Positions 26,974-35,660 of a DNA stretch of 52,684 bases are shown piece by piece. Position numbers and translations under genes: made by a program. Origin of the DNA: a virus. Within the stretch, counting starts at the first letter, position 1. Each line of letters opens with the position of its first letter. The notes under the pieces are model-generated. The model searched no databases and had not been told where the DNA came from. It saw nothing but the letters and a program-made list of their open reading frames with translations. The stretch spans positions 1 through 52,684 of IMG/VR virus record IMGVR_UViG_3300044455_000043, one strand, 5' to 3'.

Positions 26974-27944
26974 AGGCGTGCTTCGATCAGAGGCAAAATG
27001 TAATTCTCGCAATACGGCTTGGTCTGATATTTCCGAACCGTGTCCTGACTGGCGAGATAAATCTGGTAGAGATCGGGCCGGCGCGTCGCGGCATCCAAGT
27101 CGGTGAAAACCTTTTCGTTGTCAGTGGACACCCGAATGCAATTCACTCCGTCAATCCAGTCGTAGGACCACGCCAGTTTATCGTGCATCATCGCCATGAT
27201 CGTGCCGACGGGCGCCTCGGCCATTCGGAAGCACTTAGCTCCGCATCCTGGCAGGCTCACGCTCATCTTTGACCGTTCTTGGTACCACTCGATTGTCGTG
27301 ATGGGTCGCCTGGCGTAGTGCGGCGCGAAGATCGAGGCCCATGTGCGCGCTGCCGGGCTTTTGAAATACTCATGGAATTGATCCGACTCCGAGATTACTC
27401 CAATGCCGTGCGTCGTCATGGCGTGGAAGATCGCGGCATGAAGGATCGGCCGGCTGGGATGGGAAAATCCCCAGCAATGAAACACGTCAATCGGCCGCTC
27501 GTTGAATTGATCTTCCGTTTGCGGCGCCGGGATTTCCAATCTGCACGGCCAGTCGCACGGCTTTACCGTGTCGCTCTCATCGACTGCCAATAGCTCACGT
27601 TTCAGATACAGGATCGGCGGATTCTCCCGCACGAAGTTGTCGAGATGATGCCAGTGCGGAGTCAGCCAACGACATTCTTTCGCGTTCTTGCCGAACAGCA
27701 TTGTCGGACTTCCGAGATCGAAATAGTTGTGCTCCATCTCGGTAAAATCGAGCAGGACGTACGGCTTTTTGAAATCCAGTAACCGCGGATTGAATCGGTA
27801 ATCCTGCCAGGTCGTGACGGGAACTAAGACGACATCGCAGTTGTATGGCGACGAGCTCCGTTCTGGGAAGCCCGCGAACAGATGCGCTTGCAGGGTGCCG
27901 TCGATTCTCAACTGCGAATCGCAGCTCATCACGTGGACTCTCAT
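26970..27944 (-). CDS. Hypothetical protein, 324 aa (possible GT-B-type glycosyltransferase).
   Basis: The C-terminal MSVSLPGCGAKCFRMAEAPVGTIMAM resembles the exostosin/GT-B donor-binding motif (S.f.L.p.G....R..Ea...G.iPv). This is weak evidence. Confidence 0.35.
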   Translation of the reverse strand: MRVHVMSCDSQLRIDGTLQAHLFAGFPERSSSPYNCDVVLVPVTTWQDYRFNPRLLDFKKPYVLLDFTEMEHNYFDLGSPTMLFGKNAKECRWLTPHWHHLDNFVRENPPILYLKRELLAVDESDTVKPCDWPCRLEIPAPQTEDQFNERPIDVFHCWGFSHPSRPILHAAIFHAMTTHGIGVISESDQFHEYFKSPAARTWASIFAPHYARRPITTIEWYQERSKMSVSLPGCGAKCFRMAEAPVGTIMAMMHDKLAWSYDWIDGVNCIRVSTDNEKVFTDLDAATRRPDLYQIYLASQDTVRKYQTKPYCENYILPLIEARL

Positions 27945-28474
27945 AGCCGTTGCAGCACAAACTCGCAGAACGCTTCCACGCCATCCTCGAAACGAAATGT
28001 CTGGTCGATCGCCGCCGGTTTTGATCGGTCGTAATTTGTGTCGACCTCGACACACCGCATCACCCTCGCCGGAAATTGCCTCAACCATTCCGGTAACTTG
28101 CAGTGAACCTCGGCCGGCGACGCGTTGGCGTACAAGCTCCACGTGCTGATATGGCCCGCGTTGTACTCAGACGGCCAGACGCGCTTTTCATACAACTCCC
28201 ACGACGGAACGCTGGCGACGATGTAGCCGCCAGGCTTCACGACTTTCAGCCACGAGTGCAGGGCGACAACCGGATCCCGCATGTGTTCGAGCACCTGGCT
28301 ACCTGTCACAACGTCGAAGGAGTTAGGCGGATAGAACTTCGTGAGGTCATCCCCGCCACCGTCCGGCAGGTCGAAGCCGATCGTGTTCGGCAATGGCAGA
28401 ATATCATCCGCGCATCCGACATCCAGGATCCACCCTTGGAAAATCTCTTTCCACGGAAACGTCGTGTCCGCCAT
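27941..28474 (-). CDS. Class I SAM-dependent methyltransferase, 177 aa from ATG 28474. An alternative TTG start at 28507 overlaps the upstream stop.
   Basis: ILDVGCA (motif I), FDVVTGSQVLEHMRDP and LKVVKPGGYIVASVP. Confidence 0.65.
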   Translation of the reverse strand: MADTTFPWKEIFQGWILDVGCADDILPLPNTIGFDLPDGGGDDLTKFYPPNSFDVVTGSQVLEHMRDPVVALHSWLKVVKPGGYIVASVPSWELYEKRVWPSEYNAGHISTWSLYANASPAEVHCKLPEWLRQFPARVMRCVEVDTNYDRSKPAAIDQTFRFEDGVEAFCEFVLQRL

Positions 28475-28503
28475 GCGGCGACGGTGAGCTTTACTTGCCT
28501 CCT

Positions 28504-28983
28504 TCAACGCGCGACCTCCATGCTCACAACCTTTTGTGGCGCGGGTAACGCCAGCCCCGAGAACTTCTTTTCCACGAGCGCATCGTAAACCGTCTGCCCA
28601 CTGGCGTTCTGAGCGTAAGGTAAAAACACCTGCTCGACCGTGACCATTCCGGTTTCGATCAGCGCCAGTTGCGCCTCTATCCAATCTTTCAAGATCCGCC
28701 ATGCGACACGGGCGGCCTGCGCCGAATCCTTGTCGAACTTGCGCGGTATTTTCCCTGCGCGTGCCTGCTTTGAAAGCGTTGCTTCCACTGCGTCTATCCG
28801 AGCGGGCAACTGGAATGCCATCTCACCGAATTGCGTGTTAATTCGGAACGAGACGGAAGACACGTTGCCGAACCCGTCATATTCGTGCAGCACTTGGCGA
28901 GCACCAGCCGAAGCAAGTTTGGCCTGAATCTCTGAGACAGTTTTCTCTCCCGAGATCGACGTTGTGTAATTAAGCAGTCCCAC
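28504..28983 (-). CDS. Hypothetical protein, 159 aa.
   Basis: GTG start with a GAGGAGGAAGAGGA Shine-Dalgarno sequence that is embedded in the poly-basic tail codons of the upstream gene. Confidence 0.5.
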   Translation of the reverse strand: MGLLNYTTSISGEKTVSEIQAKLASAGARQVLHEYDGFGNVSSVSFRINTQFGEMAFQLPARIDAVEATLSKQARAGKIPRKFDKDSAQAARVAWRILKDWIEAQLALIETGMVTVEQVFLPYAQNASGQTVYDALVEKKFSGLALPAPQKVVSMEVAR

Positions 28984-30148
28984 GTTTCCTCTTCCTCCTC
29001 TTAACCGGCTTCGGAATCACGCCGGCCTCTGCGAGCAGTGATCGGACTGCGTGTGTCGCCATCGGCGCTGTCTGGAACTGGCGCAGGCGACCCGCGAGAC
29101 ACTTGATTTCGTGGATCGCTCCGTCGCGGTCGGCCCAAAGATTCGGTGTGTCCTTGGTCAGCTTCTCGTAGATGTCTCGCAGAAACTCAGCGGTGAATGC
29201 CGAGCTTTCCGGTTGGGACGTAGAGTTTTGAGTGGGCGGGGCGCTACTCCCGCATCCTGCCATTGAAGAAGAACTTAGAACCTCCGCGCTTTGGGTCTCG
29301 GAGCGACCGAGAACCTCTCTGCGAATTTGCTCCTCAACCGGACCTTGGTTTCCTGACCCTTCGTTTGCAACCTCCGAGTCAGAAGCAGGCGTAACCGTCG
29401 AATAAGAGGCGGGTCTGCTTCCCCCGCCGCCACTCAAATTCTTTCGCTCCCGCAGCAATCCGAGGAGCGTTCCGGTCTTGTCCGAATGAAACAGAGCGCA
29501 CTTCGGACGCCTCGCGAAAATCTTGGCCTCAACGTCGGACCAGTCCTTGAACGGCGCGAGTCCTTGGCCGTTCTGGTTCCAAACGTGGAAAATCAATTCG
29601 CTCTGCTTCGCCTGCGAGTGGATCGCTGGGCCGGCCACGATGTCCCACGGCGTCTTGTCGTCCGCGTAAAAGACTTCGCCTGCGTATTGCGTCATGTTGC
29701 CAGGGAAAACGCCGCACCCACTCATGTGCAAGACCGAGCCGGGCAACTGTTTGCGGTGGTCGATCAGATCCCCGAGGAAATACTTCTTCTCTCTGAGCGC
29801 AACGAGATACTCCACTTCGATCTCATCGAACGCAGACGCACGCAGGACCACGGCATCCGGTTCGAGTAGCAGGAACGGCCGCGCTCTCATCGCATACTGC
29901 ACGTGTTTCGCGATCTTCTTGAAAGCGTGATTCGCCGAAGCGGGCCAGGAGTTTGCCGTGTCATCGGCAATTACGATCTCGTTAAACACCGGCAGATTCT
30001 TGTGACCGACGAAAACCATCGGATCGCACTGACGCTCGCGTGCGATCAGGAATTGGTGGTTAGGAAACGGCCCGAGTTCATCCAGCCACTCGGCCAACTT
30101 GGATGCCAAGTGTTGATCTTTCCGGCAGTAATGGAGAGCTACGATCAT
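28970..30148 (-). CDS. Hypothetical protein, 392 aa. It has a globular N-terminal domain (possible GT-A), an S/G-rich disordered linker and a basic C-terminus.
   Basis: Start at the ATGA overlap (30148). LLLEPDAVV is a possible ExD/DxD motif and WPASANHAF is also present. C-terminal KRRKRKRG. Confidence 0.4.
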   Translation of the reverse strand: MIVALHYCRKDQHLASKLAEWLDELGPFPNHQFLIARERQCDPMVFVGHKNLPVFNEIVIADDTANSWPASANHAFKKIAKHVQYAMRARPFLLLEPDAVVLRASAFDEIEVEYLVALREKKYFLGDLIDHRKQLPGSVLHMSGCGVFPGNMTQYAGEVFYADDKTPWDIVAGPAIHSQAKQSELIFHVWNQNGQGLAPFKDWSDVEAKIFARRPKCALFHSDKTGTLLGLLRERKNLSGGGGSRPASYSTVTPASDSEVANEGSGNQGPVEEQIRREVLGRSETQSAEVLSSSSMAGCGSSAPPTQNSTSQPESSAFTAEFLRDIYEKLTKDTPNLWADRDGAIHEIKCLAGRLRQFQTAPMATHAVRSLLAEAGVIPKPVKRRKRKRGTA

Positions 30149-30405
30149 TTTGGCAGTTCGATGAAGCTTCGGTCTTGGTAAAATGACTCCAATGGTTTCC
30201 AAAATTTGTAAACCATCTGATCGTAACTGACAGTCTCGTAGATTTCGTAGCGCCACTCCCAGTCCCGCCCGGCTTCTATGTCTGCTTTGGCAGCGGCGCT
30301 TATCTGCTTTATGAGCTTGTGACGAAAAGCCAACACGTAATCATTCCGAATCATTATCGTTATGCTGCCGACCAACACGATCACACTGCAAATCAGCAGA
30401 ATCAC
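30145..30405 (-). CDS. Signal-anchor membrane protein, 86 aa.
   Basis: GTG start in a GTGA overlap with the upstream stop. N-terminal ILLICSVIVLVGSITIMI. Confidence 0.4.
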   Translation of the reverse strand: MILLICSVIVLVGSITIMIRNDYVLAFRHKLIKQISAAAKADIEAGRDWEWRYEIYETVSYDQMVYKFWKPLESFYQDRSFIELPK

Positions 30406-30575
30406 GGCACGATCTCCAGAGAAGGTTTCGCGTCGCGGGTAGCGTAGGTCGCCCACTCGGTCGTATGTTTGCTTCCCATGTGGACGAGCGCGGCCCATCC
30501 GAGAAGCGTAAACGCCAGGCACACGAGCAACCCTTGCTTCAAGACTCGCGTCTCTCGATCAGTTTCTTCGATCAT
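30402..30575 (-). CDS. Small membrane protein, 57 aa.
   Basis: ATG in an ATGA overlap with the GIY-YIG gene stop. Transmembrane segment LLVCLAFTLLGWAALV. Confidence 0.4.
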   Translation of the reverse strand: MIEETDRETRVLKQGLLVCLAFTLLGWAALVHMGSKHTTEWATYATRDAKPSLEIVP

Positions 30576-31039
30576 TTCCTGCCTTTCTTCGGCCACCGAC
30601 TCTTACGAGCGTGCGCCATTTGTTTCCTGCTGTAAGAAAAACTTAAACCTCTGTGCGTCTCGCCTTTGACCGCGAGTAGTGTTTTGGCTCTACTGTCGCA
30701 AATCCCTAAGCACCGCGCCATTTCAGCGCGAGATGGAAATGATGTCCCATTGCTGCACCAAACTTTTCGTCCGGCCAATGAATCGTGCAGTGGCACCGCG
30801 TTTTTGAAACCGGAATTGAGATTGTGTTTCGCTTGCCCGATTGCCTTGAAGTGAGCAATCCATCTGCGTTCCGAATCCTTCAATGTATTCCTGTTCCACG
30901 TCTCAATAATTCGGAATTTAAGATGAGGATATTTTCGTCGATGCGTTACCGATCTACCGGCTGGGTCGATAGTGATTCCGACATAATCGCATTGCTCTCC
31001 ATCGAACAGACCGTAAACGTAAATAGGAAGCACCTTCAC
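30572..31039 (-). CDS. GIY-YIG family nuclease (homing-endonuclease-like), 155 aa.
   Basis: IYVYGLF...YVGIT (GIY-YIG), R...H and E..WI. C-terminal NGTSFPSRAEMARCLGI is a NUMOD1/IENR1-like helix-turn-helix. GTGA overlap with the XRE gene. Confidence 0.65.
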   Translation of the reverse strand: MKVLPIYVYGLFDGEQCDYVGITIDPAGRSVTHRRKYPHLKFRIIETWNRNTLKDSERRWIAHFKAIGQAKHNLNSGFKNAVPLHDSLAGRKVWCSNGTSFPSRAEMARCLGICDSRAKTLLAVKGETHRGLSFSYSRKQMAHARKSRWPKKGRK

Positions 31040-31242
31040 TTCACAGCCCTTTCAAACCGGCTCAGCAAATCCGCGTTCCAGTTGCGGCGACCACGCTCAA
31101 GGTCGCTCAGGAACGAGGCGGTGAATCCAAGTGCGGTCGCAACCTTACGTAATGATTTGCCAGACTTGATGCGCTTCGCTCGCGCCATTGCGCCAGTCGC
31201 AACGTTGTCGATTTGTTCGACCTGTTGAGTCTGCAATTTCAT
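31036..31242 (-). CDS. XRE/Cro-type helix-turn-helix transcriptional regulator, 68 aa.
   Basis: RIKSGKSLRKVATALGFTASFLSDLERGRR is a canonical HTH_3 pattern. Confidence 0.75.
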   Translation of the reverse strand: MKLQTQQVEQIDNVATGAMARAKRIKSGKSLRKVATALGFTASFLSDLERGRRNWNADLLSRFERAVK

Positions 31243-31251
31243 CTGTCAGCG

Positions 31252-31281
31252 AGATTACGCGAACGTGTGCGGAATTGTCAA
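31252..31281 (-). promoter_or_regulatory. Sigma70-like promoter candidate directly upstream of the XRE gene. It would give a near-leaderless mRNA.
   Basis: On the minus strand: TTGACA (31281-31276), an 18-nt spacer, TAATCT (31257-31252), then 9 nt before ATG 31242. Confidence 0.35.
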
Positions 31282-31284
31282 CGT

Positions 31285-31554
31285 CTATTTTCGCAGGTAA
31301 CAATCCAGCGCGGGCGGCACAAACATTTTCAACGTCTTGCGACCACATGGCCCCATCTTGCGCGGGAAGAATCCGCCAGCTTTCTCAAACCTTCGGAGTC
31401 GCATCGTGAACGCGCTCGGCTTGAGATGTGGGTAGCGTGCTCGAATCGTGGCGTAGGCGGTCAGCTTCGGACTCGCCAACAGCTTCGTGAGCAGCGCGTC
31501 GAGCTGACGAATCAGGTCGTCTTGATCGCGATAGCGGAAGGTGTGGACGTGCAT
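31285..31554 (-). CDS. Hypothetical basic protein, 89 aa.
   Basis: ATG 31554 overlaps the upstream stop (TGATG). Confidence 0.4.
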   Translation of the reverse strand: MHVHTFRYRDQDDLIRQLDALLTKLLASPKLTAYATIRARYPHLKPSAFTMRLRRFEKAGGFFPRKMGPCGRKTLKMFVPPALDCYLRK

Positions 31555-32021
31555 CACTCGCCGCCCTCCATTACTTTTTTGACGTGCCGACAATGATCTC
31601 CTGGTTGATAAGCCTTGGAGGCAGGGTTGCGGGCGCGCAGTTGCTCAAGAAATCGTTCGCGTTGCGCTTCATCCTCGGCGCTCAGTATCAGCGGTGCGCT
31701 CGGGACCGGCGGGAGCGGGATGATCTTGCGTGGCGGCGGCTTGAGTTGGTGCTGCTCGCCCCACGCTGTTGCGCGATCCATCTCCCCCTGCCAGTTATTC
31801 AGGAGCGTTATCAGATCACGCCGATGTCGTCCATGCTCGCCCCTCCTGCGCTCGAAAGCGTAGTAACGCTCCATGAGTGCCAAGTCATCGAGGTCATTGA
31901 AGCAACCGTCTTTGTAGAGCCTCTTGTACTGCTTATATTCTTTCTCCGACCAATGAGTTGTCAGTTTTCGGTGCATCATTGTGGCGATGCGCTTCGTTAT
32001 CTCGACGGTTGGCAGGCTCAT
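31554..32021 (-). CDS. Hypothetical protein, 155 aa.
   Basis: ATG 32021 is in an ATGA overlap with the upstream stop. The longer tracked ORF would overlap the previous gene. Confidence 0.4.
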   Translation of the reverse strand: MSLPTVEITKRIATMMHRKLTTHWSEKEYKQYKRLYKDGCFNDLDDLALMERYYAFERRRGEHGRHRRDLITLLNNWQGEMDRATAWGEQHQLKPPPRKIIPLPPVPSAPLILSAEDEAQRERFLEQLRARNPASKAYQPGDHCRHVKKVMEGGE

Positions 32022-32344
32022 GGGATGAGTCGATATTCCCAAAGTCCAGCCGACTCCTCGCCTCGATGCCGTTTCTCGATTTGATGCGAACCGAATCGAG
32101 GCTTTCGCAGGTGTCGGAGTTGAGCGGAAATTGACGCTTGAGGATCGCCGGTGATTGCTTCGATCTCGCCAAGGGTTAGCCATTTTCCGTCCCGCATCGC
32201 ATCCCACACTCGCCCGATTTGCTTACGTAGCCGGTCATCGTCATTGGCCGGATCGTAAACCTCGCCGTTAAACCGGGCGCGAGAGAAATCTGCGGCTACC
32301 AATGTTCCGCCCACGTTCGCGAACATATCAGCTTGATCTGTCAT
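32018..32344 (-). CDS. Winged-helix DNA-binding-like protein, 108 aa.
   Basis: WLTLGEIEAITGDPQASISAQLRHLRKPRFG....WEYRL is a wHTH-like pattern common in phage early regions. Confidence 0.45.
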   Translation of the reverse strand: MTDQADMFANVGGTLVAADFSRARFNGEVYDPANDDDRLRKQIGRVWDAMRDGKWLTLGEIEAITGDPQASISAQLRHLRKPRFGSHQIEKRHRGEESAGLWEYRLIP

Positions 32345-32523
32345 TTCGCCTGAAACTCGTTGAACCGCCGCACTCGTATCTCTGGGTTTTTAATCAGCCA
32401 GAACGAGCACGCGGCGCCGACCAGCTCGGCCAGGCGATCAGCCGTTGACCCCGGTCTGTAGCCGCAACGGATTTGATGAGCTTTTTGACGGTGATTCTTC
32501 ACGAGTTGGGGTTTCGTTTTCAT
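32341..32523 (-). CDS. Hypothetical protein, 60 aa.
   Basis: ATGA overlaps at both ends. Confidence 0.35.
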   Translation of the reverse strand: MKTKPQLVKNHRQKAHQIRCGYRPGSTADRLAELVGAACSFWLIKNPEIRVRRFNEFQAK

Positions 32524-32984
32524 TTTCTAGGTAGGTTTCTGACATCTTCCGGCGTCGCTTGCCGGACACTGAAATTCGTGCTGCCGGGGCTGGGGTCGCC
32601 ACGGAACACCCAGTCTTTGCCGAATATCGTCCCGATCCACAGATCAGAAGGCTCTGCCGCGCTCGCAGGCGCCTCGTCGTTTCGTGGCCCGGCCTCGCAT
32701 AAGATGCCGTGCGCAGCATCAACGCATTCCTCGAGGCTGTATGCCACAACAACTCGGTTGCCGGCCGATCGCAGGTAGGCAATCCGCTTTTCCTGATCCT
32801 CCGATAGCTTGCCGCCGGGGATCTTGCACTCGACGTATAGGCAACGGTTGCACCAGGTGAGCAGAAAATCGGGGTCGCCCTTAACGGCGGTGGTTGCCTT
32901 ATCGGGGCGGTTTCGATGAAAAGGGATGCCGCGCTGGTCAAGCCAGGCGATGAACGGCAGGTGGATGTCCGCAATTTCCCTCAC
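32520..32984 (-). CDS. VRR-NUC domain nuclease, 154 aa.
   Basis: GDPDFLL....LYVECKIPGGKLSEDQ...YLRSAG is the PD-(D/E)xK motif in VRR-NUC arrangement. GTG start in a GTGA overlap. Confidence 0.65.
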   Translation of the reverse strand: MREIADIHLPFIAWLDQRGIPFHRNRPDKATTAVKGDPDFLLTWCNRCLYVECKIPGGKLSEDQEKRIAYLRSAGNRVVVAYSLEECVDAAHGILCEAGPRNDEAPASAAEPSDLWIGTIFGKDWVFRGDPSPGSTNFSVRQATPEDVRNLPRK

Positions 32985-33352
32985 ACTTTCCCCTCCCCTT
33001 TGGCATCCTGTTTCAACATGGCGGCGCTGGCTGCTTTTCGGAGCATTTGCCGGTCATTAGTCGGGTTACACGTAAATGAACCTTGTGGGGATGCCGATTC
33101 AGGCACAATTACGCAAATTGTGTCGCTTGGATGATCGTCAGGGAAGTAACATCTGTCGGCTAACCAATCCAGAATCCGCGTGTCCTCCGTATCTTTGGCC
33201 GCGTCTCCTGTTCTTGATTTGTGGAGAGCGGTGACTATCACTTTTTCGACAACCTGCGCGCTGTCATTAAATCGCAAATGCCCAATCTCCTTTAGGTAAA
33301 CTGCCGCCTCTCTTGCTATTTCCTTGTCAGCTTCAAGTGTGTCGGGGTTCAT
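32981..33352 (-). CDS. Hypothetical protein, 123 aa.
   Basis: ORF coupled within the operon. No motif was recognised. Confidence 0.4.
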   Translation of the reverse strand: MNPDTLEADKEIAREAAVYLKEIGHLRFNDSAQVVEKVIVTALHKSRTGDAAKDTEDTRILDWLADRCYFPDDHPSDTICVIVPESASPQGSFTCNPTNDRQMLRKAASAAMLKQDAKGEGKV

Positions 33353-33355
33353 AAA

Positions 33356-33523
33356 TCAGTTTTTTGGAATGTTCAAAATATCCTGTAACTTCTCCACCGC
33401 TTCGGCAGGCATTTTAGTTCTCCAATAACCAAGCCAAACCAGTATCGCGTCGTAGGTATCCTCTACTGCCCGCCAGTCACTTCCTTTTGGTGGAAATTCA
33501 TCGAATGGGTAAGGTCTGTTCAT
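33356..33523 (-). CDS. Hypothetical protein, 55 aa (below the track cutoff).
   Basis: The ATG at 33523..33521 fills an otherwise empty 170-nt gap. Sequence: MNRPYPFDEFPPKGSDWRAVEDTYDAILVWLGYW... Confidence 0.35.
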   Translation of the reverse strand: MNRPYPFDEFPPKGSDWRAVEDTYDAILVWLGYWRTKMPAEAVEKLQDILNIPKN

Positions 33524-33526
33524 AAA

Positions 33527-33997
33527 TTAGGATATGTGTTTACCGGATGCGCCATCGGACTTCGACCGTTCTTGGACAGAATCCGCCGCCTCCGGTCGGC
33601 TCGCTTCCATTACTGCTACGAAAGCGCGGCAGCGTTGTTCTGCGGTGGCAGCCACGAGTCCGTAACGGCTGAGGGTTCCATTATCTGGCAAGGAATGGTC
33701 GCGGAGTTCATTAACGTATTCCACGCACAGACCCGTCGCCTTGATAACTTTTTCCATCTCCGCGCAGGCGTTCAGGTCGTTGGGGTAGTCGGGGAGACGG
33801 GACCAATCATACAAGTTTCTTGCGGCCCTTTCCTGTGGCGAGATTATTCGCGCAACTCCACGAATCCCGTGGTAATCCGCGTTGTTGGGACAGTCGTTAT
33901 TGCGCCATTCGATGCACTGCCACCCACACAACTCCGCAACCTTCACTCGCAAAGCCTGTGTCTCGACGGTCTTTTCTGATGGTGGCTCTTTTTTCAT
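33527..33997 (-). CDS. Phage ABA-sandwich-domain-like protein, 156 aa.
   Basis: VAELCGWQ... and LPDYPNDLNACAEMEKVI resemble the signature of that family (PDYSTDiaAAWEvvEk). Confidence 0.45.
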   Translation of the reverse strand: MKKEPPSEKTVETQALRVKVAELCGWQCIEWRNNDCPNNADYHGIRGVARIISPQERAARNLYDWSRLPDYPNDLNACAEMEKVIKATGLCVEYVNELRDHSLPDNGTLSRYGLVAATAEQRCRAFVAVMEASRPEAADSVQERSKSDGASGKHIS

Positions 33998-34022
33998 AAA
34001 TTTGGGAAACTGGCGTCGGCGT

Positions 34023-34229
34023 TCAATGCCCTTTCAGGTTAGACGGTTTCCCTGCGTCACGATGGGGTAATTCTCGCCGTTGCACGCGCTCGCCGCATTT
34101 CTTGCACTTCGCCCACCGCTTGCTGGTAACTCGCGTTCCGAATCCACATTTCGGACACATCGCCCCTTGAAACAGCAGAAGCCGAAACATCAAATTGAGT
34201 CCGTCAAGACTGGCGAGAGGGTGCTTCAT
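34023..34229 (-). CDS. Zinc-ribbon protein, 68 aa.
   Basis: CPKCG...CKKCG. The start at Met 34229 avoids overlapping the upstream gene. Confidence 0.4.
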   Translation of the reverse strand: MKHPLASLDGLNLMFRLLLFQGAMCPKCGFGTRVTSKRWAKCKKCGERVQRRELPHRDAGKPSNLKGH

Positions 34230-34278
34230 GTCATCGAATACAAGGTTGAGGTAATCTGTGTCTTGACGGTCACTTGCT

Positions 34279-35154
34279 TTATTCGCCTCCCGGTAATCCC
34301 AAAGCTTTCTTCCATTCCTCCTGCTCCCCTGCTGTGGGAACGGATTTAGGATTACCGGGAGGGGCACCCGCAACGGTGGAGTGCAAGGACAGAAGTCGCT
34401 GAATTGTTTCTCGAAGTGCGGGCATGTCGCACTCGCAACCTTTCGCGCTGTCTCCGATGAACTCAGGGCAATCAACGTGATGTGTGAAATGTCCCACTGA
34501 TTGCCGGAGCAGGTGAAGCGCCTTCTGTAGGACGGCGTTAACGTTGTCCGATACCGCCTCTGTTTCCCCCGAAAACCTTTTCTTCACCCATTGTTTAAGC
34601 TCTCCCTCTGCTGTCAGGTGAGAAGCCTTTTGCGTTTCTAGTAAACCCGAAGTCTTGAGAACATAAGTGGCAATTCTCCAATGCAGATTTGGCATCCCGC
34701 CTTCGTTATTGGCCGCAATTCGAGTCAGGCTGTATTGTTGGACCACTTCGGAGTGATCCTTTGATGCGAACTGAGAGTGCCACTCAATGCCATTAGAGGA
34801 CCATTCCAGGCTGTGCAGTTTTTCCTCCGAAGCCTTTTGCGTCTCCGTTAATACGGGGGAGGGGCGAGCGTTCCAGCGTTCAATCAGTTGCGATAACTGG
34901 AACGTTGCACCCTTGCCGATCGACTCGACAATCTCAATTCCGCACCCGTCAACGTCTCCGCAAAACACGAGCATGTCCGTTCCACCATCTGCACGAGGAG
35001 TGACCAGCGTATCAGCTTCATGGTGACAGCGCGGACAGGGCAATAACTTCCCCGCCTCAACGCTTCCAGCTTCCGCTTCGACTAAGGGTTTGAAAGTTGG
35101 GGTAACGTAGTCGCCCTTGATTTGACCAATGCCGTGATTTTGTGCGTCTTTCAT
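34279..35154 (-). CDS. Protein with an N-terminal Lar-like (restriction alleviation) zinc ribbon fused to a C-terminal domain of about 190 aa; 291 aa in total.
   Basis: LLPCPRCHHEA...MLVFCGDVDGCG...LIERWNARP matches the Lar family pattern (CPfCG...V.C..C....Ai..WNrR). Confidence 0.5.
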   Translation of the reverse strand: MKDAQNHGIGQIKGDYVTPTFKPLVEAEAGSVEAGKLLPCPRCHHEADTLVTPRADGGTDMLVFCGDVDGCGIEIVESIGKGATFQLSQLIERWNARPSPVLTETQKASEEKLHSLEWSSNGIEWHSQFASKDHSEVVQQYSLTRIAANNEGGMPNLHWRIATYVLKTSGLLETQKASHLTAEGELKQWVKKRFSGETEAVSDNVNAVLQKALHLLRQSVGHFTHHVDCPEFIGDSAKGCECDMPALRETIQRLLSLHSTVAGAPPGNPKSVPTAGEQEEWKKALGLPGGE

Positions 35155-35660
35155 ATCTTTGGAGTTGCTTCCGCTTCTGTTGGGGAGGCTGATTTGGGAG
35201 ATAACGGAGCCGCAAGGTGTTCGTCGGTGCCACGTCCGACAGAAGGCGCTTTCCGTAGCAGTCGGTCGATTTCAGCCGCGATCAACGCGCCAGCCTTTTC
35301 GAGATTGCGAATCTGGTTGTGAGACGGTTTCCACCAAGGCGCGCCCCACGGCCAATTTTCGTCATCCGCTCCGAATGCGACCTCGGCGGCTTCCTCGAAA
35401 GTTAGACCTACAGCCAACCCCCTCGACAAAACCGCATAACAAGCGGCAGCCATCGCCATTGAACCATCTCGGTGCAGGTCGTCGTGATCGGAGGTCCAGC
35501 CTTTAACAGAAAGTTGACGTTGCCGCTCGGCAGCGATTAAGGCTATGCCGTCCTTCTGTCGGACGTGCCCACCGTGGTCCGTTGGCGCATCCGTTATCCC
35601 CGAAGCATTTTCCCTCTCCGCTTTCTCGGCAGGACGGGACTCTCGTGGATTAGTGTTCAT
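35151..35660 (-). CDS. Conserved phage hypothetical protein, 169 aa.
   Basis: LIAAERQRQLSVKGWTSDHDDLH....AAACY....KAGALIAAEIDRL recurs in phage early regions. Its function is unknown to me. Confidence 0.45.
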   Translation of the reverse strand: MNTNPRESRPAEKAERENASGITDAPTDHGGHVRQKDGIALIAAERQRQLSVKGWTSDHDDLHRDGSMAMAAACYAVLSRGLAVGLTFEEAAEVAFGADDENWPWGAPWWKPSHNQIRNLEKAGALIAAEIDRLLRKAPSVGRGTDEHLAAPLSPKSASPTEAEATPKI

